This document shows positions 23,876 through 37,192 of a DNA stretch of 64,000 bases, one piece after another (the stretch's first letter is position 1; each line of letters starts with the position of its first letter). The stretch spans positions 1 to 64,000 of the forward strand of contig JAAPAO010000131.1 in assembly GCA_013115145.1 (NCBI GenBank). The letters run 5' to 3'. The notes beneath the pieces were generated by a model, which was given only the letters and a program-made list of their open reading frames with translations, did no database searches and was not told where the DNA came from. A program made the position numbers and the translations under genes. This stretch comes from Perkinsus chesapeaki ATCC PRA-425. Lineage: Eukaryota; Protista; Perkinsozoa.

Positions 23876-26800
23876 ATGTTTACGCCTGAGATGATGCAAG
23901 CGGCCCAAAATATGATGGCCAATATGACGCCGGAACAAATGGCTCAAATGACCGAAATGGCTAAAAATATGGATCCTAATGTAGCGCCGGCGGGCCACGA
24001 GTTAACCTAAAAAGAATCTTTTAGATGATGCGGAACATGATGGGTGGGCAAGGTATGCCACCAGGCGGAATATCTCGTGACCAAATAGACCAGGTTGGTG
24101 GTCGGTCAAGCTCGATCGTTGCTCTAGGAATCTTATTTAGGCAACAGAGCAAATGCGGAATATGACACCAGAGCAGATGAGGGATGCTATGGGCCAAGCT
24201 CAGAGTCAGCAGGCTAATCAGATGCAGTAATGAGATAGTATGGGGTTTGGGAGGGGATAGTGTAGTTTAAGGTATTATGTGAATGCAACTAATACGTTGA
24301 AAGCCGAAGGTAATGCCCTGGTAAAGGAGCAGAAATACAACGAGGCACTTGAAAAGTAAGATGCTATAGTCTAATGGTGGGGTGGTTAGCTCCGTATCTC
24401 ATGGTTGTGGGTTCAATTCTGCCTGGGGGTACTTTATCACTAGATACGCTCGTGGTATCGAGAACGTGAAGTCGTACAGCACCCCATCGGTTTTAACCCT
24501 TCAAAAGGCCCTTTACTCTAATGCCGCTCTCTGCTGTCTCAAACTAGAAAAGTAACACCAATCTTATTATTGCCACCATAGATTCCTACTACAGGTTCCA
24601 GGAATGCCGGGATTACTGTGACCATGTGCTAGAGCAGGATCCAAAGGCAGTGAAGGCTCTCTATCGCAGAGGTGCTTCCCATAGTCCCGCTCCTGCTGCA
24701 GGGTTGTGATTACCCCGATTTCAGGAATAGCTTATAGAGAGCTTGAGGAGACAGATAAGGCCTATCTGGATCTATCGGCAGCCGCCCGACTGTCCCCCAA
24801 CGATGAGGTGTTAGTAAATGACTTTATGGAGTTCAAGAGCAGTCTACCCGAAGATTATATAGTCCCGAGTGAGGAGAGCATTTCTGATGAAGTAAGAGCG
24901 GTTCAATTTGGCTGACATGCGTTTACACTACTAGATGGTGAGTAATACGTGTGCACTGGACGGTGCAAGGTATAATATTCCGCACAATTCAATGCCTTAC
25001 CTGGCTTCGGTGCATTATATCTTTTTTATCCTTTCCGTTGACATAGTCACTGTAACCAAACGCTATTAGGAAAATACTTAGTTAGTTATACTTAGTTATA
25101 TTAGTTATACTAATATTAGGAAAGTTTCTTCAGGAGACCGTCGGTGATAAGGCCTCTCCATCCAATGGCAGCGGCTCGGCTTCTACCACACCTGGCTCCT
25201 CCACTGCTGGCAGCATTGATCCTAGTTTGCAGCGAGAGATGTCGGCTAAGTTGGCATCTGATCCTGAGATGGTGAAAAAGATGCAGGATATGATGAAAGA
25301 TATGTCCCCTGAAGAGGTATCCTTCATGGTGAGGTCCAATGCCAGAAAAGATTCTTTCTAGTTTGATGAGCTCCGTCGAGTCCAGATGAGCGGTTCAGCT
25401 CCTGGGGAATCGGCAGCTGCCAGGAAGTTTGCGGAGAGGCTTCGCAACGAAGACCCTGCATTTGTGCAGAAGATGAAGGATATGGTTGACTCCCTACCGC
25501 AGGATCAGGTAGTACTGGGCGGATAGTAAGGGGACCATGGCCTCAATGCTGCATCGTTTTTGATATTCTCAACTCGCAAATTGAGATCCGAATCAGCTTT
25601 CTCTACCTGTCTGTAAATGTGCACTATGCAGACTCTGCATAAGCCAGCTCCGTCCAAGCCTTTAAAAGCCGAGTCCGAGTTCATTGCAGAGTTACCTTAT
25701 ATAATAATTAATAATGAAATGAATGACATAGACTCGTTTTTGATATCTTTTCTCCCTGCAAGATTCAATATATGTCGTTCAGGTTGACCAAATCCGAAAG
25801 GCAGCTGCAGGTGGCAGCGCAAGCTCGGCCTCCGCCTCGACTGCAGGTCGGCCAGGAATGCCACCAACTGGAGCTGCCGGGCTGGCTGAGGCATCCAGGA
25901 TGATGAAGGAGAACCCGGATGTTATGAACCAGGTTTGGCAGTTGCTTCTGGGAGGCTTGGATGCTCATCGATCAGATGAGCGATATGATGGCAGGCATGT
26001 CAGATGACCAATTCGAAAGTATGCTTCGAATGTCGGGGATGAGCGCCAGTGCACAGGTAGGCCCGAGTTGGGGAACGAGTGGTAGGTTTTGGGTAGGATA
26101 CGGCGGCTATGAGGGAGATGATGCGGAATAAGGATATGATGAAGGCAATGGGAGACATGATGAAGAACATGTCACCGGATCAGCTTAATGCTATGTCGGA
26201 GGCTGCGGTAATGAGGGAGATCTGGATGGGTCTATCGTGGGTGTCATTCGGATCAAGGATACTGCGACTGGCAGCTGAGTTGCCTGACTTCTTTCTACAG
26301 ATGTTCTAGTTTGAAATGGTTCTTGCCATCCATGAGGGCCTTATGGTGAGGCTTCCACGTTCCGTGATGTCAATCGTCTTTACTATTTACTTTCTGTTCT
26401 CCTTCCCGCATATCGTATTGAAGCCGGTCGACGTACAAGTTTTACGTGTAAGTAGACTTGGTTACACATTCCTATCTGAAATCAGATATGGCGCTGGAAA
26501 TATCTTCTAAACTTGGTACGCGACCTTTGTCAGCGTGGTAGGGGTGATGAATATCTCGATAGGGATAGCGGACGTCGAGCTAGTTCCTTTTCTATCGAAT
26601 TCTCCTATCCAGTTTTCGAATGATCTGAACATATGGTGTAAAACAGCTAACTTCTTGGTGCCTCAGAAACCCGCCAAAGCATCTTCGTCCGCCTCATCAT
26701 CATCTGCTAACCCGGCTGGTGAGGAAGAAGCCCCAGCAGACATGCCCAAGATGCCAGAACATCCCGGCGATATGTTTAAAGATCCTAAAATGTTAAAGTC

Positions 26801-27206
26801 GATGGAGGCTATGATTAACTCCATGCCGGATGACGTCTTGGAGAATCTTATTGCTCAGCAAGCTGGTACCACCCGAAAGCGTATCTTGGAGGTTGAATGG
26901 TATCTTAGGTTCACAAGCGGGCCCTGACGGCGCTCCGTCATCGCTTCCCAAATGGGTTACTGGTCGACGCATCAAGTTCTTCCTGAGAATCATCATGAAA
27001 TTGGCGCGGCTCGTCATATTTATCAGAGTAATATCCATACCCACCGGGCTTAGCTTATGTGGACCTTTTAGAATCTTTTCGCTGCGATGTTCTCGAGGAG
27101 AGGCAAGTACATAATGGCACTGCTGGTGCTTCTTTTTGCTATCTACCAGCAGTACTTCAGCGGGAGCGGTAAAGTGGAGGACGCCCCAGCAGACCCCTCC
27201 GCCTAA
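23876..27206 (+). CDS. OEP61/TPR7-like chaperone receptor: Met-rich STI1-like repeats, TPR clamp, C-terminal transmembrane anchor
   Basis: MFTPEMMQAAQNMMANMTPEQMAQ; NTLKAEGNALVKEQKYNEALEKY, LLLNAALCCLKL and KALYRRG (TPR); many further DP/MM STI1-type motifs; hydrophobic IMALLVLLFAIYQQYF near the stop. Confidence 0.7.
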
Positions 27207-27806
27207 GGAAGCATTCACCCTTGAACAATTGCTGTGCCATCTGGGCCGCCGCTACTGCCATTGCTGTGTGATAGGTGACAGATATTTGAAAAGAAACATT
27301 ACTACCAATTTGATAGGAGGTCTGAGTGGTGTTCGGGCTAGGGTAGTTGATCGGGCAGGGATTTAACTTTCCCTTGTGTTTCTCTTTAATGCCCCTTATA
27401 TCCAATCATGTACAGTAAAGATGATTCTTCCTTCGGTAATGAGGAATCATGCCTGATTGGTCGATCAAGTCGGAGGTCACAAGAGGTAGTAAGGGGTGGG
27501 TAGTGGGGTAAATAACCGGGAAAGACCTTGGAAGGATGCATAATGCTCTTGAAGGAGGACACAGTGCCATGTCCCGTGTTTGCCCCCAATGCTTTTATCA
27601 CTTTTTGAAGTCGTATGGACCTATAATATATATTCCCACTATTTTCTTTATTATTCTTCCTTTTTTGTCTGTTAGCACTTTATATTTCCGTATTGACCAT
27701 GCATTTCTTATTTCCTAGGCCACGAAGCACTCGCCGAGGAGGACCAAGGGACGCCTGTCCCTTTCACCGCGACGGCCATCGGCTGAGCCCACTAAGATTG
27801 GCTCGA

Positions 27807-30431
27807 ATGATGGGGGAGACCGATCGGTACTGGAGTGGTTCCGACAGCTTAGGGCCACATTTGGGTAGGAATCTTTGTCGGGATCTTCGCCGTGAGGTTA
27901 ACCTTCAGGAATAAGATTCTCATCTGGATAGTAGTTTCGCAGCATCTTGCGAAAGGCTTGGTCCTCTTCTATATGTTCAGTACTATGGACTACCTTCTTC
28001 GGTAAGCCCCATCACCCCCCTGCTGGATCAGCTCTTCCTGATAGGTCCTACTGGGTCAGCGGTCCGAGACTTCAGATCCTCTCTGGTATCGCTTTCATGC
28101 CATGGGTGATGAAGCCTATGTAAGACCATCGCTGGTCATACCGACACTTTGTTATTAGTTTCGGAGTTCTCTCCGACATGTGTCCTATAATGGGCTATCA
28201 CAAACAACCGTACATCCTTATGGCCACACTGCTGGGCATAGGGGCCTTCGCCCTGTTGTGTGCCAATCCTGTTACCGATGCTCAAGGCAAATACCTTCCC
28301 TTGGAGGAACGAAGGTTGTCGCTGTCATCGGTAGGCATGATGACTTGGTCCAATGGTCATGCTGTGGGTCCCTGTATAGGTCGTGCTGGCTCTGTTCACT
28401 TGCATGCTCTTCGTAACAGTTCAGAATCTTCTCACCGAGGCTAGGTCACGGGTCAACCTTAGATTCCTCGTGCTTAGATGGCGGGCAGATACTCTGATTT
28501 GTTGCGTAATCAACCCGACGGTGCTGCGCGGATGGTCACCTTCATCCTCTTTGGCAAAAACGGATTCGAGCTCATTGCGGCGGCCACCGTTGGTGCTATC
28601 ATTACGAGGTGAACGTGCCCCACTGCATAGCCTCCTCGTAGAGCACTGTGTAGGTATGGCCCCCATGGGCCGTTCTTTCCTTGCCTTATCCCGGCAGCCA
28701 TGTTCCTACCGCTTATCGCCTTCAACTTCCTGGGAGAGAGGAAAGTTAGTAAGTTGTGAAGGGCTCAGCGACTTCTTATAGAATGCTTGTAGCTCGGGAG
28801 GACGTAGCGGAGAGCTATGCATCACTGAGACGGCAAGGCTACGGCGAGCTGGTGATGCTGGCGTGTGTGATGCTAGCATGCAGCTCGATTACTAATGGTA
28901 TAGGTTTTAAGGAGTAGGACTTGATGGGCTTCTGGAAGGAGGGGACAGTCTTTTGTGTTCAGAGGCCATGTATTGGCTGCGGCGTACACTGGTTTTATAT
29001 CCACAATGCTTCTGGTGGTCTTATTCGGTGTCACCCTTACACCGGTCATTGCCAAGTTCACAGTGTACTCCATTATACAGGTAGATTCATACCGCTCCTT
29101 CCTCTCATCATCATACCTATTAGGCATCTCTAGCGGTGTCTATAGAAGGAGGCGCTTTCTATTTCTTCACCGATACAGCTGAACAGTTCCCCGGTGGTCC
29201 CAACTTCTCCCCTGTCTACTACACCACAGTAAGCCCCCCTCCCCTCCGCAGCTTACCCAGCCAGCCCCCTCAGGTCCTCGGCGTGGTCTCCAATGCTTTC
29301 TCCATACTGGGGGTGGTGGTCTATTGGCTCTACATGCGTGATTGGACCTTCCGAAGCCTCCTTACGCTGGCTAATGCTCTCCACATGACTGTCGCACTGT
29401 TACAGGTAACCATTTTCACTGTTGGAAATGTCAGCTTGGAATCCTTTTCACCGAGCCCCGAACTTCCCATAGAAAATACACTCTTCACTCGTGCAAGATA
29501 TGGAAAAAATCCGGAAAATTTTCGGAAATTTTCCAAAGAAAAAACTTCCTTCACCAACGCATGCATGTTGCCTCTCAGACGTTCGTATTTCTCCGCTGGA
29601 ACCTTGCCATGGGCATCTCCGACAAGCTCTTCGTCCTAGGTGGCACTGCCATGCTGGAGGTGTGTCTGGCGGATGCCAATCTACTCGGCAGGCAGTTTGA
29701 GAGTTTAGGTCACTCGACAGTGGATGTGGATGCCCTCCCTCATCCTCACCTCGAAGCTCTGCCCTGCCGGTATGGAGTCCACTATGTTCGCGCTCCTCGC
29801 TGGCTGTGCTAGTGCTGGTTATACCATGGTAAGGGCCGGCTATAGACGGCAGTGAGGGGTAGAATGGATGTGTTAGGCTAAGTACATTGGGGCGTTCGTG
29901 CTACATGAGCTCAACATACGCCCTGTTGGAGCTGTTAATGAAGGCCACCAATTCGATAAGTAATCGTCGCCGCCGCTGCATCTCAGGATCGCGAGACTAG
30001 TAGAAGCCTGTACCTTACTCTTGCGAAAGATATACCTTACAGCTACGTGACAACTAATTTTTTCAGCATTCTTATTATCCCTAAAAGTAGTTGTTGCTCT
30101 TTCTTTAGCCTGTGGAAGGCTGCACTGCTCTCGGCAACCTGCCCTTTGGTCACTCTATTCCTCCTCCCCATGTGCATCCCCAATGCGCGCCAATCAGAAG
30201 ACCACTTGTCATTGACGCCAGGCGACAGCGTGGTAATGCTACTACTATATAGGCTTTGCAATATGCTCCTACTAGGTGAAGGGGTCGCTATGGAGAAGGC
30301 TGAGAGGCCATAATGATAACCTGGATGTTGATACCGACAACTCCGACACCGGCTCCACCACCGAGTCCAGCGACACCGTCAAGGGTAGCGGTGGTTTGCT
30401 AGGTCAAACCGGTACTGGTTGCTACTGTTGA
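27807..30431 (+). CDS. Folate-biopterin transporter (BT1 family, MFS), multi-exon
   Basis: IAFMPWVMKP, SDMCPIMGYHKQPYI, LLTEAR and DKLFVLG motifs with many hydrophobic segments. Confidence 0.85.
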
Positions 30432-30556
30432 CAGGTTCATAGCCTATTTAAAGGCTTTTGCGTTTATATTATTAAGGACAAGGATGCTTCATGAAAGCAT
30501 TTGGCTTTACCAGTTGTCGTTGATGTTATAATAATGTCACTTGTTGAATTAAGTGC

Positions 30557-30583
30557 ATAAAAGGGGGGTTGCCGGGGATCGAA
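30557..30583 (-). tRNA. 3' fragment of a probable tRNA (T-loop, acceptor strand, TTTT terminator) truncated by the assembly gap
   Basis: Reverse complement reads TTCGATC-CCCGG-CAACCCC-C-C-TTTT, matching the tRNA position 54-73 register followed by an oligo-T. The rest lies in the Ns, so the isotype cannot be called. Confidence 0.45.
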
Positions 30584-30682
30584 NNNNNNNNNNNNNNNNN
30601 NNNNNNNNNNNNNNNNNNNNNNNNNNNNNNNNNNNNNNNNNNNNNNNNNNNNNNNNNNNNNNNNNNNNNNNNNNNNNNNNNN
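30584..30682. other. Assembly gap (about 100 N)
   Basis: Run of N. Confidence 1.
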
Positions 30683-33600
30683 CAGTGATGTCGATCCTAA
30701 CTGGTTTCTAGAGTTCCATGACGTCCACGTTGGTGCCCCGAGCTATCGAGGTGTACTTCAACATGTACAGACAACACCTATGATGTGTAGGATCCGAGAC
30801 ATGACGGTAAGATATGCTAACTCTTGGCATCTGTGGCGGTGGACGTGGGAGACACTGCTCCTTCCATGCGTGATAGAGTCTAGTGCCATCTGTCGTTGAA
30901 TTGCCGAAAGATATCTTGGCTCAAAAAGTCGAGTTATGTGAGTGGGGTGTGTCCCTTCTCATCATGCTCCCATGAATTTCAGAAATTTGCTCGAAATGGC
31001 GTGGCAAATATATTCGCTCAACTCCCTCTATCACATAGCTTAGTCAGTTCTCGGGTTTTCTTCCGCACTCTAGCCGTACCAAATCATACCCGCATCACAG
31101 CTTGGCATTTCTTCAAGAGCTTCTGCTTCCGCAGCAGCGCCCTGTCTTCATAGTGTAACATCGTTATGCACACACCACTTCCCGAAAGAGTGCCCGTATA
31201 CAAAGTATTTTTGTCATCACTGCTGCATGTCATCGAAATTCTCCTCAGTACGCCAGTGATATCCTGGTTGATATATCATACGTTCGCGGCCGGGAAGTAG
31301 TACGTAAAAACGGGGTGTGTATCGGTCGATTGCCGGTCATGCTTCGATCGAAGCTTTGCCGCCTGCATGATGCCACTACAGAGCAAATGGAAAGGATGCA
31401 GGAATGCCCGTAGGACCGACCTAGGCATTTTTTCTGACACCTCTAGCTGTCCCATTCAGCCACGATCCCGGTGGATATTTCATCATTAAGGGGACGGAGA
31501 AGGTGTTGCTGATGCAAGAACAGTTGAGCAACAATCGTATAATTGTGGAGACAGACTCGAAGAAAATGATACAGGCTGTGGTTACCAGTTCAACTGCTGA
31601 TAACAAATCTCGTAAGACGCAAGCTCCACGCGCCACGAAATTGCATGTTCGATCAGGTACTGTGGTGTGTTTTAAATCGGACCTCAGCGGCCTTTACGTG
31701 AAGCATTCTGCGTTTACTGAGCTCATACCAGCAGTGATCATGCTGAGGGCAATGGGGATGGAATCCGATCAGGAAATCGTAAGTATATCATGGAAAAATG
31801 AAACATATTATACGAAGACTTTTCACACACTAGTAAGGATTTCAGTGTGCCCCTGGGAGAGTGTGATTTTTGTATCACCTCCTGAGCAAACTCGGTGGCC
31901 GGTAAGGTCTTGAGAGCGGCATGCAGCACATTGCGATGATCTCTGTGGCTTGCTTAATTTACCCCATATTTTATCTAGATTGGCTCCGCTGCTGCTAGTG
32001 AGCTCTTTAGGTTCAAATGGTTGGTACCGAGAAGTGTCACGTGGATGGTATGATCCTGAGTCTGCAAGATGCCCACGCTACAGGCGTATTCAGCCAGCAG
32101 CAGGCTCTGGAGTATCTTGGTAACAAACTGAAGATACGAAGTAGGTCGATAGGATCCCCTTGCGAATGTTTATCAACCCGCTCACAGGCTCCGCTGGAAG
32201 CACACCGGGTGGAGCTGATGCCACCGAAAGGAAGATGGGAGAGGCACTTGAGGTTTTGGTAGGCTTGAGAATATCGCTTGAATTCGTGCACACGTTCTCA
32301 CCAGGTCCGCCAAGTTCTGTCGCATATTTCTGTGTATGCTGATGGCAGCTTCAGCTCGGCCTTTGACCAGGATAAGGGCGGAGCTAGTAAGCCGTTGGAC
32401 TTCAGTGGAAAATGCCGCTTTCTCTGTTTAATGATGCGACGGGTAGGTTGATAGGCGTATCTTTGCGCACTGTGAAGGTTTTGTTTATCAGGCATTGGAT
32501 GCTCGTAGCGATTCTACCCTGCTCGATGACCGTGATTACTACGGCAATAAGCGTCTGGAGCTAGCTGGCCAGTTGATTGCACTCCTGTTCGAAGATCTCT
32601 TTAAAAGCATGAACACTGAGATCAAGAAGTCTGTCGACATGCGGCTCACTAAATACTTCCAGCAGGTGAGAAGATCGGCACGTCGTATGAGAGCTTAGAA
32701 GTCCACTGAACTCATTTGTTAAGAAATGAACGTTCGCTATTATTTCGTTCGGCTTCGGTGAGGGGCAACTGTGCGTTTGATCCCAATTGATACTATTTTT
32801 ATATCCATTCTTTCGTATCTTTCTCATCAGGCATCGTCAGCCTCAGCCCGTGCTGGAAGGTCGGTGGTCGGCCCTGATAGTGGCTATCCTGACGTGTTGC
32901 GTGACATTGACTCTGAGAGAATCACCAGAGGAATGAACAGAGCCATTAGCTCGGGCAATTGGAACATCAAACGTTTCCGTATCGACCGATCAGGAGTCAG
33001 TCAGGTGAGTCCTCCTGGCGGCAGTTCAGCTACCTGCTATACTCTGTACTACACGCGTACGTGTCGCTATATCCATTCGGGGATTCGTTGGCCATTTCGG
33101 TTGGTCAAACATTCTGTTTAATTGATTAATGTTAATAATGCGGGATATAGATATGCAGTCGTATTGTATTATCTCAAAGATTCACTGCAGTTCCCCAGTG
33201 TTCCCGATTCTCTCACACTGTTCAAGCTCGTGTGACTCTCTTCAGGTGCTTTCCCGTTTCTCCTTCATTGCCGCTCTGGGCGCCATGACCCGTGTCAAGT
33301 ACGATGGCCAACTTCCCATGAAGTATCCCCATTTTTCAGATCTCAATTCGAGAAGTCCCGAAAGCTTGCCGGTCCCCGTGCACTACAACCTTCACAGTGG
33401 GGAATGCTGTGCCCGTCTGATACTCCTGAAGGAGAGCAATGCGGTTTGATTAAAGCATTGTCTTTGCTAGCACACGTCACCACACCTGATGAAGAGGGGC
33501 CTATTAGACGCCTTTGCTACTCACTGGGTAGGTCAACGGTTATTGTAGTGGATATGGCTGGGGCAAGATTTTTTCGCTTGCCTCATTTGTTGTGAAACGG

Positions 33601-36600
33601 TCGATCGATTTCACGATCTCCTTATTTGCTGTCATAAGATTGCCAACGTATAATCTGCGAAGGCTTCAAACCGAAATGCTGAGTATTCGCGCCGAAACTA
33701 CTGTTTTAGCGGTTTGCATAACAAACTGGAACATCAAGTGTGCCAAATTGGTAAGATTATTTTGTCCTCATTTACGGATGAAATTTCATATATTGATATT
33801 TCGTAAGACCATGATCTCCGCAGCTCGCCCGGTGTAACTGAATAGTTCCTCTCTATTCAGGCGTTGAAGATGCTGCCGGTCTGACGGGCGAGGAGCTCCA
33901 CTCTACCGGCACGATCACAGTGTTCCTCAACGGTGCCCTCCTCGGTGTCCATCGACGGCCACAGACGTTCATGAGCGATATGAGGGCACTTCGCCGAAGA
34001 GGGAAAATAGGAGAGTTCGTTTCTATTTATGAGCATGAGGCTCAAAGGGCCATCATTATTGCGACGGATGGTGGGCGATTGTGCCGACCGCTGATTGTTG
34101 TTAAGAAGGGCAGGCCTATGCTAGTGCCAGAGGTGCATTTAAGGAAGCTCAAGTCGGGTGAATTGAGGTAGGCGCTTTCAATAGGATCAGATCTACTTAG
34201 AGCGGGAAGGGAAATAGGTTCTTTGAATCCAGCAAATCATCAATGCCTTCATGGTGTTTACTCGGATCAACCGCAGCTGAGCCGATTTCAACCGGCTAAG
34301 TTGATTCTTATTCTCGTGCACATTCAGTCTCCATCTCTATCGTGAGTGGCCTCCTCAGGTTCACCGATTTCCTTCGACTGGGTATAATAGAATGGGTTGA
34401 TGTTAACGAGGAGAATAACTCTTACATTGCAATCAACCCCGAGGATGTTGTCATGGAAACGACCCATTTAGAGGTAACCTGCCAGGAACCGAAGGTTAGG
34501 GTTGTGCTGTAACGTTCCACTTCCGCAGATCGAACCATTGACGCTTCTCGGTGCCGTGGCCGGCCTGGTGCCGTATCCTCATCACAACCAGTCGCCTCGT
34601 AACACTTATCAATGCGCTATGGGAAAGCAGGCGATGGGGAACATCGCTTGCAATCAGGTGAGGCTTGAGCGAAGTCATTCCTATTCGAATAGGCGTCATC
34701 TTACTGAAGGTTCTTTTTTGCTGCATTTTCTGTACTAGAGCGAAACTTAGTTCGCTGTGTGGTACAGAATTCCTCAGACTGAGCCATGAAGCTCCGTGAC
34801 ATATTTCTTCAATATGAAATTTACGCACATCTGTTTAGTTCGAGCAACAGCTATGTAACTAATAATAAAGTCTGTCCTGGTGTTGTTATACTTGCGCGAG
34901 AAATCCCTTCTATCAGCGCCCTTTGTGATGGTATCTTTCCTTTTCCTCTTCAGCACCTCCGTACCGATACCCAGCTGCTTCTGTTAACCTACCCCCAACA
35001 ACCGATGTGCAAAACCCGGACCATCGATCTTATCGGATATGATAACTTGCCTGCTGGCCACAATGCTAGTGTAGCAGTTATGAGTTACTCTGGGTAAGTT
35101 CACCCACCATTTGCCCGCCTGCCATCTGGCCCGTCCCAGATACGATATCGAAGATGCGCTCATCATGAACAAGGCGTCCATCGATCGTGGTTTCGGCCGT
35201 TGCTGCGTCACTCGGAAATATGTAAGTTCGCCATTCTTCCACTCTGCCTCTTCACCATCTTGTCAGGCGACCCCCCTAGCCCGATCAGCGATTGGATCTA
35301 GTGAAGAGCTTCGGGCACCTCCTGTTATCGGCGGTGGAGGGAAGGGCGGTGGTCGCCATCAGCGTCAAGGAGGATTCGTTGGTCGGGCTAAGAAGTAAGC
35401 TTGTTTTTGTCCGCCCTTTTGGTAGGCGAAGCTCAAGTTAGGCTCTCCAGCCGAGTTCACTATTCCTTTGCTTAGAACTAGGAAGCACCAAAACTGAACG
35501 GCATTTCTATTTTTTTTACTCGGCTAGCTTGTCATTCGCAATTATGTGACCGTGTTCCGAACTGTTCATCAGGTATGCTATTATCGATGAAGATGGTCTG
35601 CCATTCGCCGGTGAGCAAGTAATCGACGGCGGCGTCCTGATTAATAAAGTGTCCCCCATGAGCGATGCTGCTACTGGCCAAGTTACACACTGGCGGGATA
35701 CACCGATATCGTAGAGGAAATGTTCAACCTTGCTTGGTTGATCGCTCCGATTATTAGATACAAGAATCCTGTGCCATCGTATGTTGATAGAGTTATTGCC
35801 ACAGAAAACGAGGATCAAGCTAAGATATTCAAGTGCATCACCAGACAAACCAGACGGCCCGAGCTCGGTGATAAATTCTCCAGGTAAGCGGAGCGAAGCA
35901 CGCCTCATTTGCACCAGTTCTTGATTCATCATTAGTCGACATGGCCAGAAGGGTGTTATCGGTCTCATTGTTAACCAAGAAGATATGCCCTTCGGTGAGA
36001 AGGGGTGGTGCCCCGACCTTATCATGAACCCTCATGGTTTCCCAAGTCGAATGACAGTCGGAAAGCTACTCGTAAGTTCCCCGTTGAAAGTTCAGCTAAA
36101 TGTCGATTCTTGATTCAGGAATGCGTATCGGGTAAGGCTGGTGTTCTTGACGGTGAGCGATCCTATGGCACTGCGTTCGGTGGCACCACAAAGAAGCATA
36201 TGACGGAGTCCTTAATTCGCCACGGTTTCCATCCGAGTGCCAAGGAGTACATCACATCTGGTGTCACCGGAGAGGCTCTCGAATGCTACATATTCGTCGG
36301 TCCCATTTACTACCAAAAACTGAAGCATATGGTGGGCACTGTATGCCTCATGCTCATACGGACATTTTATCTGATCAGGTTATGGATAAGATTCATGCTC
36401 GATCGACTGGTCCAGTTAACCAACTAACCCGACAGCCCACTGAGGGGCGCGCTAAGGATGGCGGTCTTCGTCTTGGAGAGATGGAAAGAGATTGCTTGGT
36501 GAGATTCGTTACGCATTGTAAAACTGATAGTATGAAGAGTGCATACAGTACACAATTCACTTATTGATGGGTCCAGCATAGTAATAAGACCCATATATAA

Positions 36601-36940
36601 ACATGACATATGGGAACAATGGATATGCTAGTAAAGTGCAGTTCTCCAACGGTATCTTTCAGGTTGCATATGGTGCCTCCAACCTGCTGCTCGAGCGTCT
36701 TATGCTTTCCAGTGATGTCTTCACCGCTTCGGTTTGTCGACGTTGTGGCCTTCTATCGTACCAAAATGGAACTTGCAAGTAAGTAGTTCGCTGTAGCTCT
36801 CCCATCCAGCGTCGTACTTCAGATTATGTGGTACCAGCGAGAACATCGTCGACATCCGAATGCCATACGCCTGTAAGCTGTTGTTCCAAGAGCTGCAGGC
36901 TATGAACGTATGTCCGAGACTAAAAGTTGAATCGAGATGA
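30683..36940 (+). CDS. RPC2: RNA polymerase III second-largest subunit, 5' end in the gap, many introns
   Basis: [135 protein letters not shown]. The details fit the Pol III (RPC2) type. Confidence 0.95.
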
Positions 36941-37192
36941 TGATTACTATTACGGACAATTTCACCAACGTTGTTTCTACTGTATAACACAGAGGTTGTG
37001 TGAAAGATACAAAATAGGTCAACTTTTGGACACTCTTGTACGTTGGGAAATGGGTTTAAAGCAATGGCAAGGAAGTTTTCCGGTGAAGTTCAGCCAGTGG
37101 CTGACAGCCCCTCTTGCTGAGTAAGGATGCGCCAATAATAGACTTAAAAACTAAACAGTATAAAATAACAAGTAACTAATACACATAAACAT

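Noticed and set aside
24360-24430. tRNA-like A/B box resemblance (TAGTCTAATGG...GGTTCAATTC) in an intron of the TPR gene
   Set aside because: T-stem and acceptor stem do not pair convincingly; at most a decayed remnant.
29513-29534. Near-palindrome GGAAAATTTTCGGAAATTTTCC in a long BT1 intron
   Set aside because: Low-complexity A/T-run sequence and imperfect; insufficient evidence for an element.
30913-30924. 12-nt match (ATCTTGGCTCAA) to the 3' end of the Perkinsus-type spliced leader in an RPC2 intron; also TTGGCTCAAG at 15457
   Set aside because: Too short, lacks the SL 5' part, and is not positioned at a gene 5' end.
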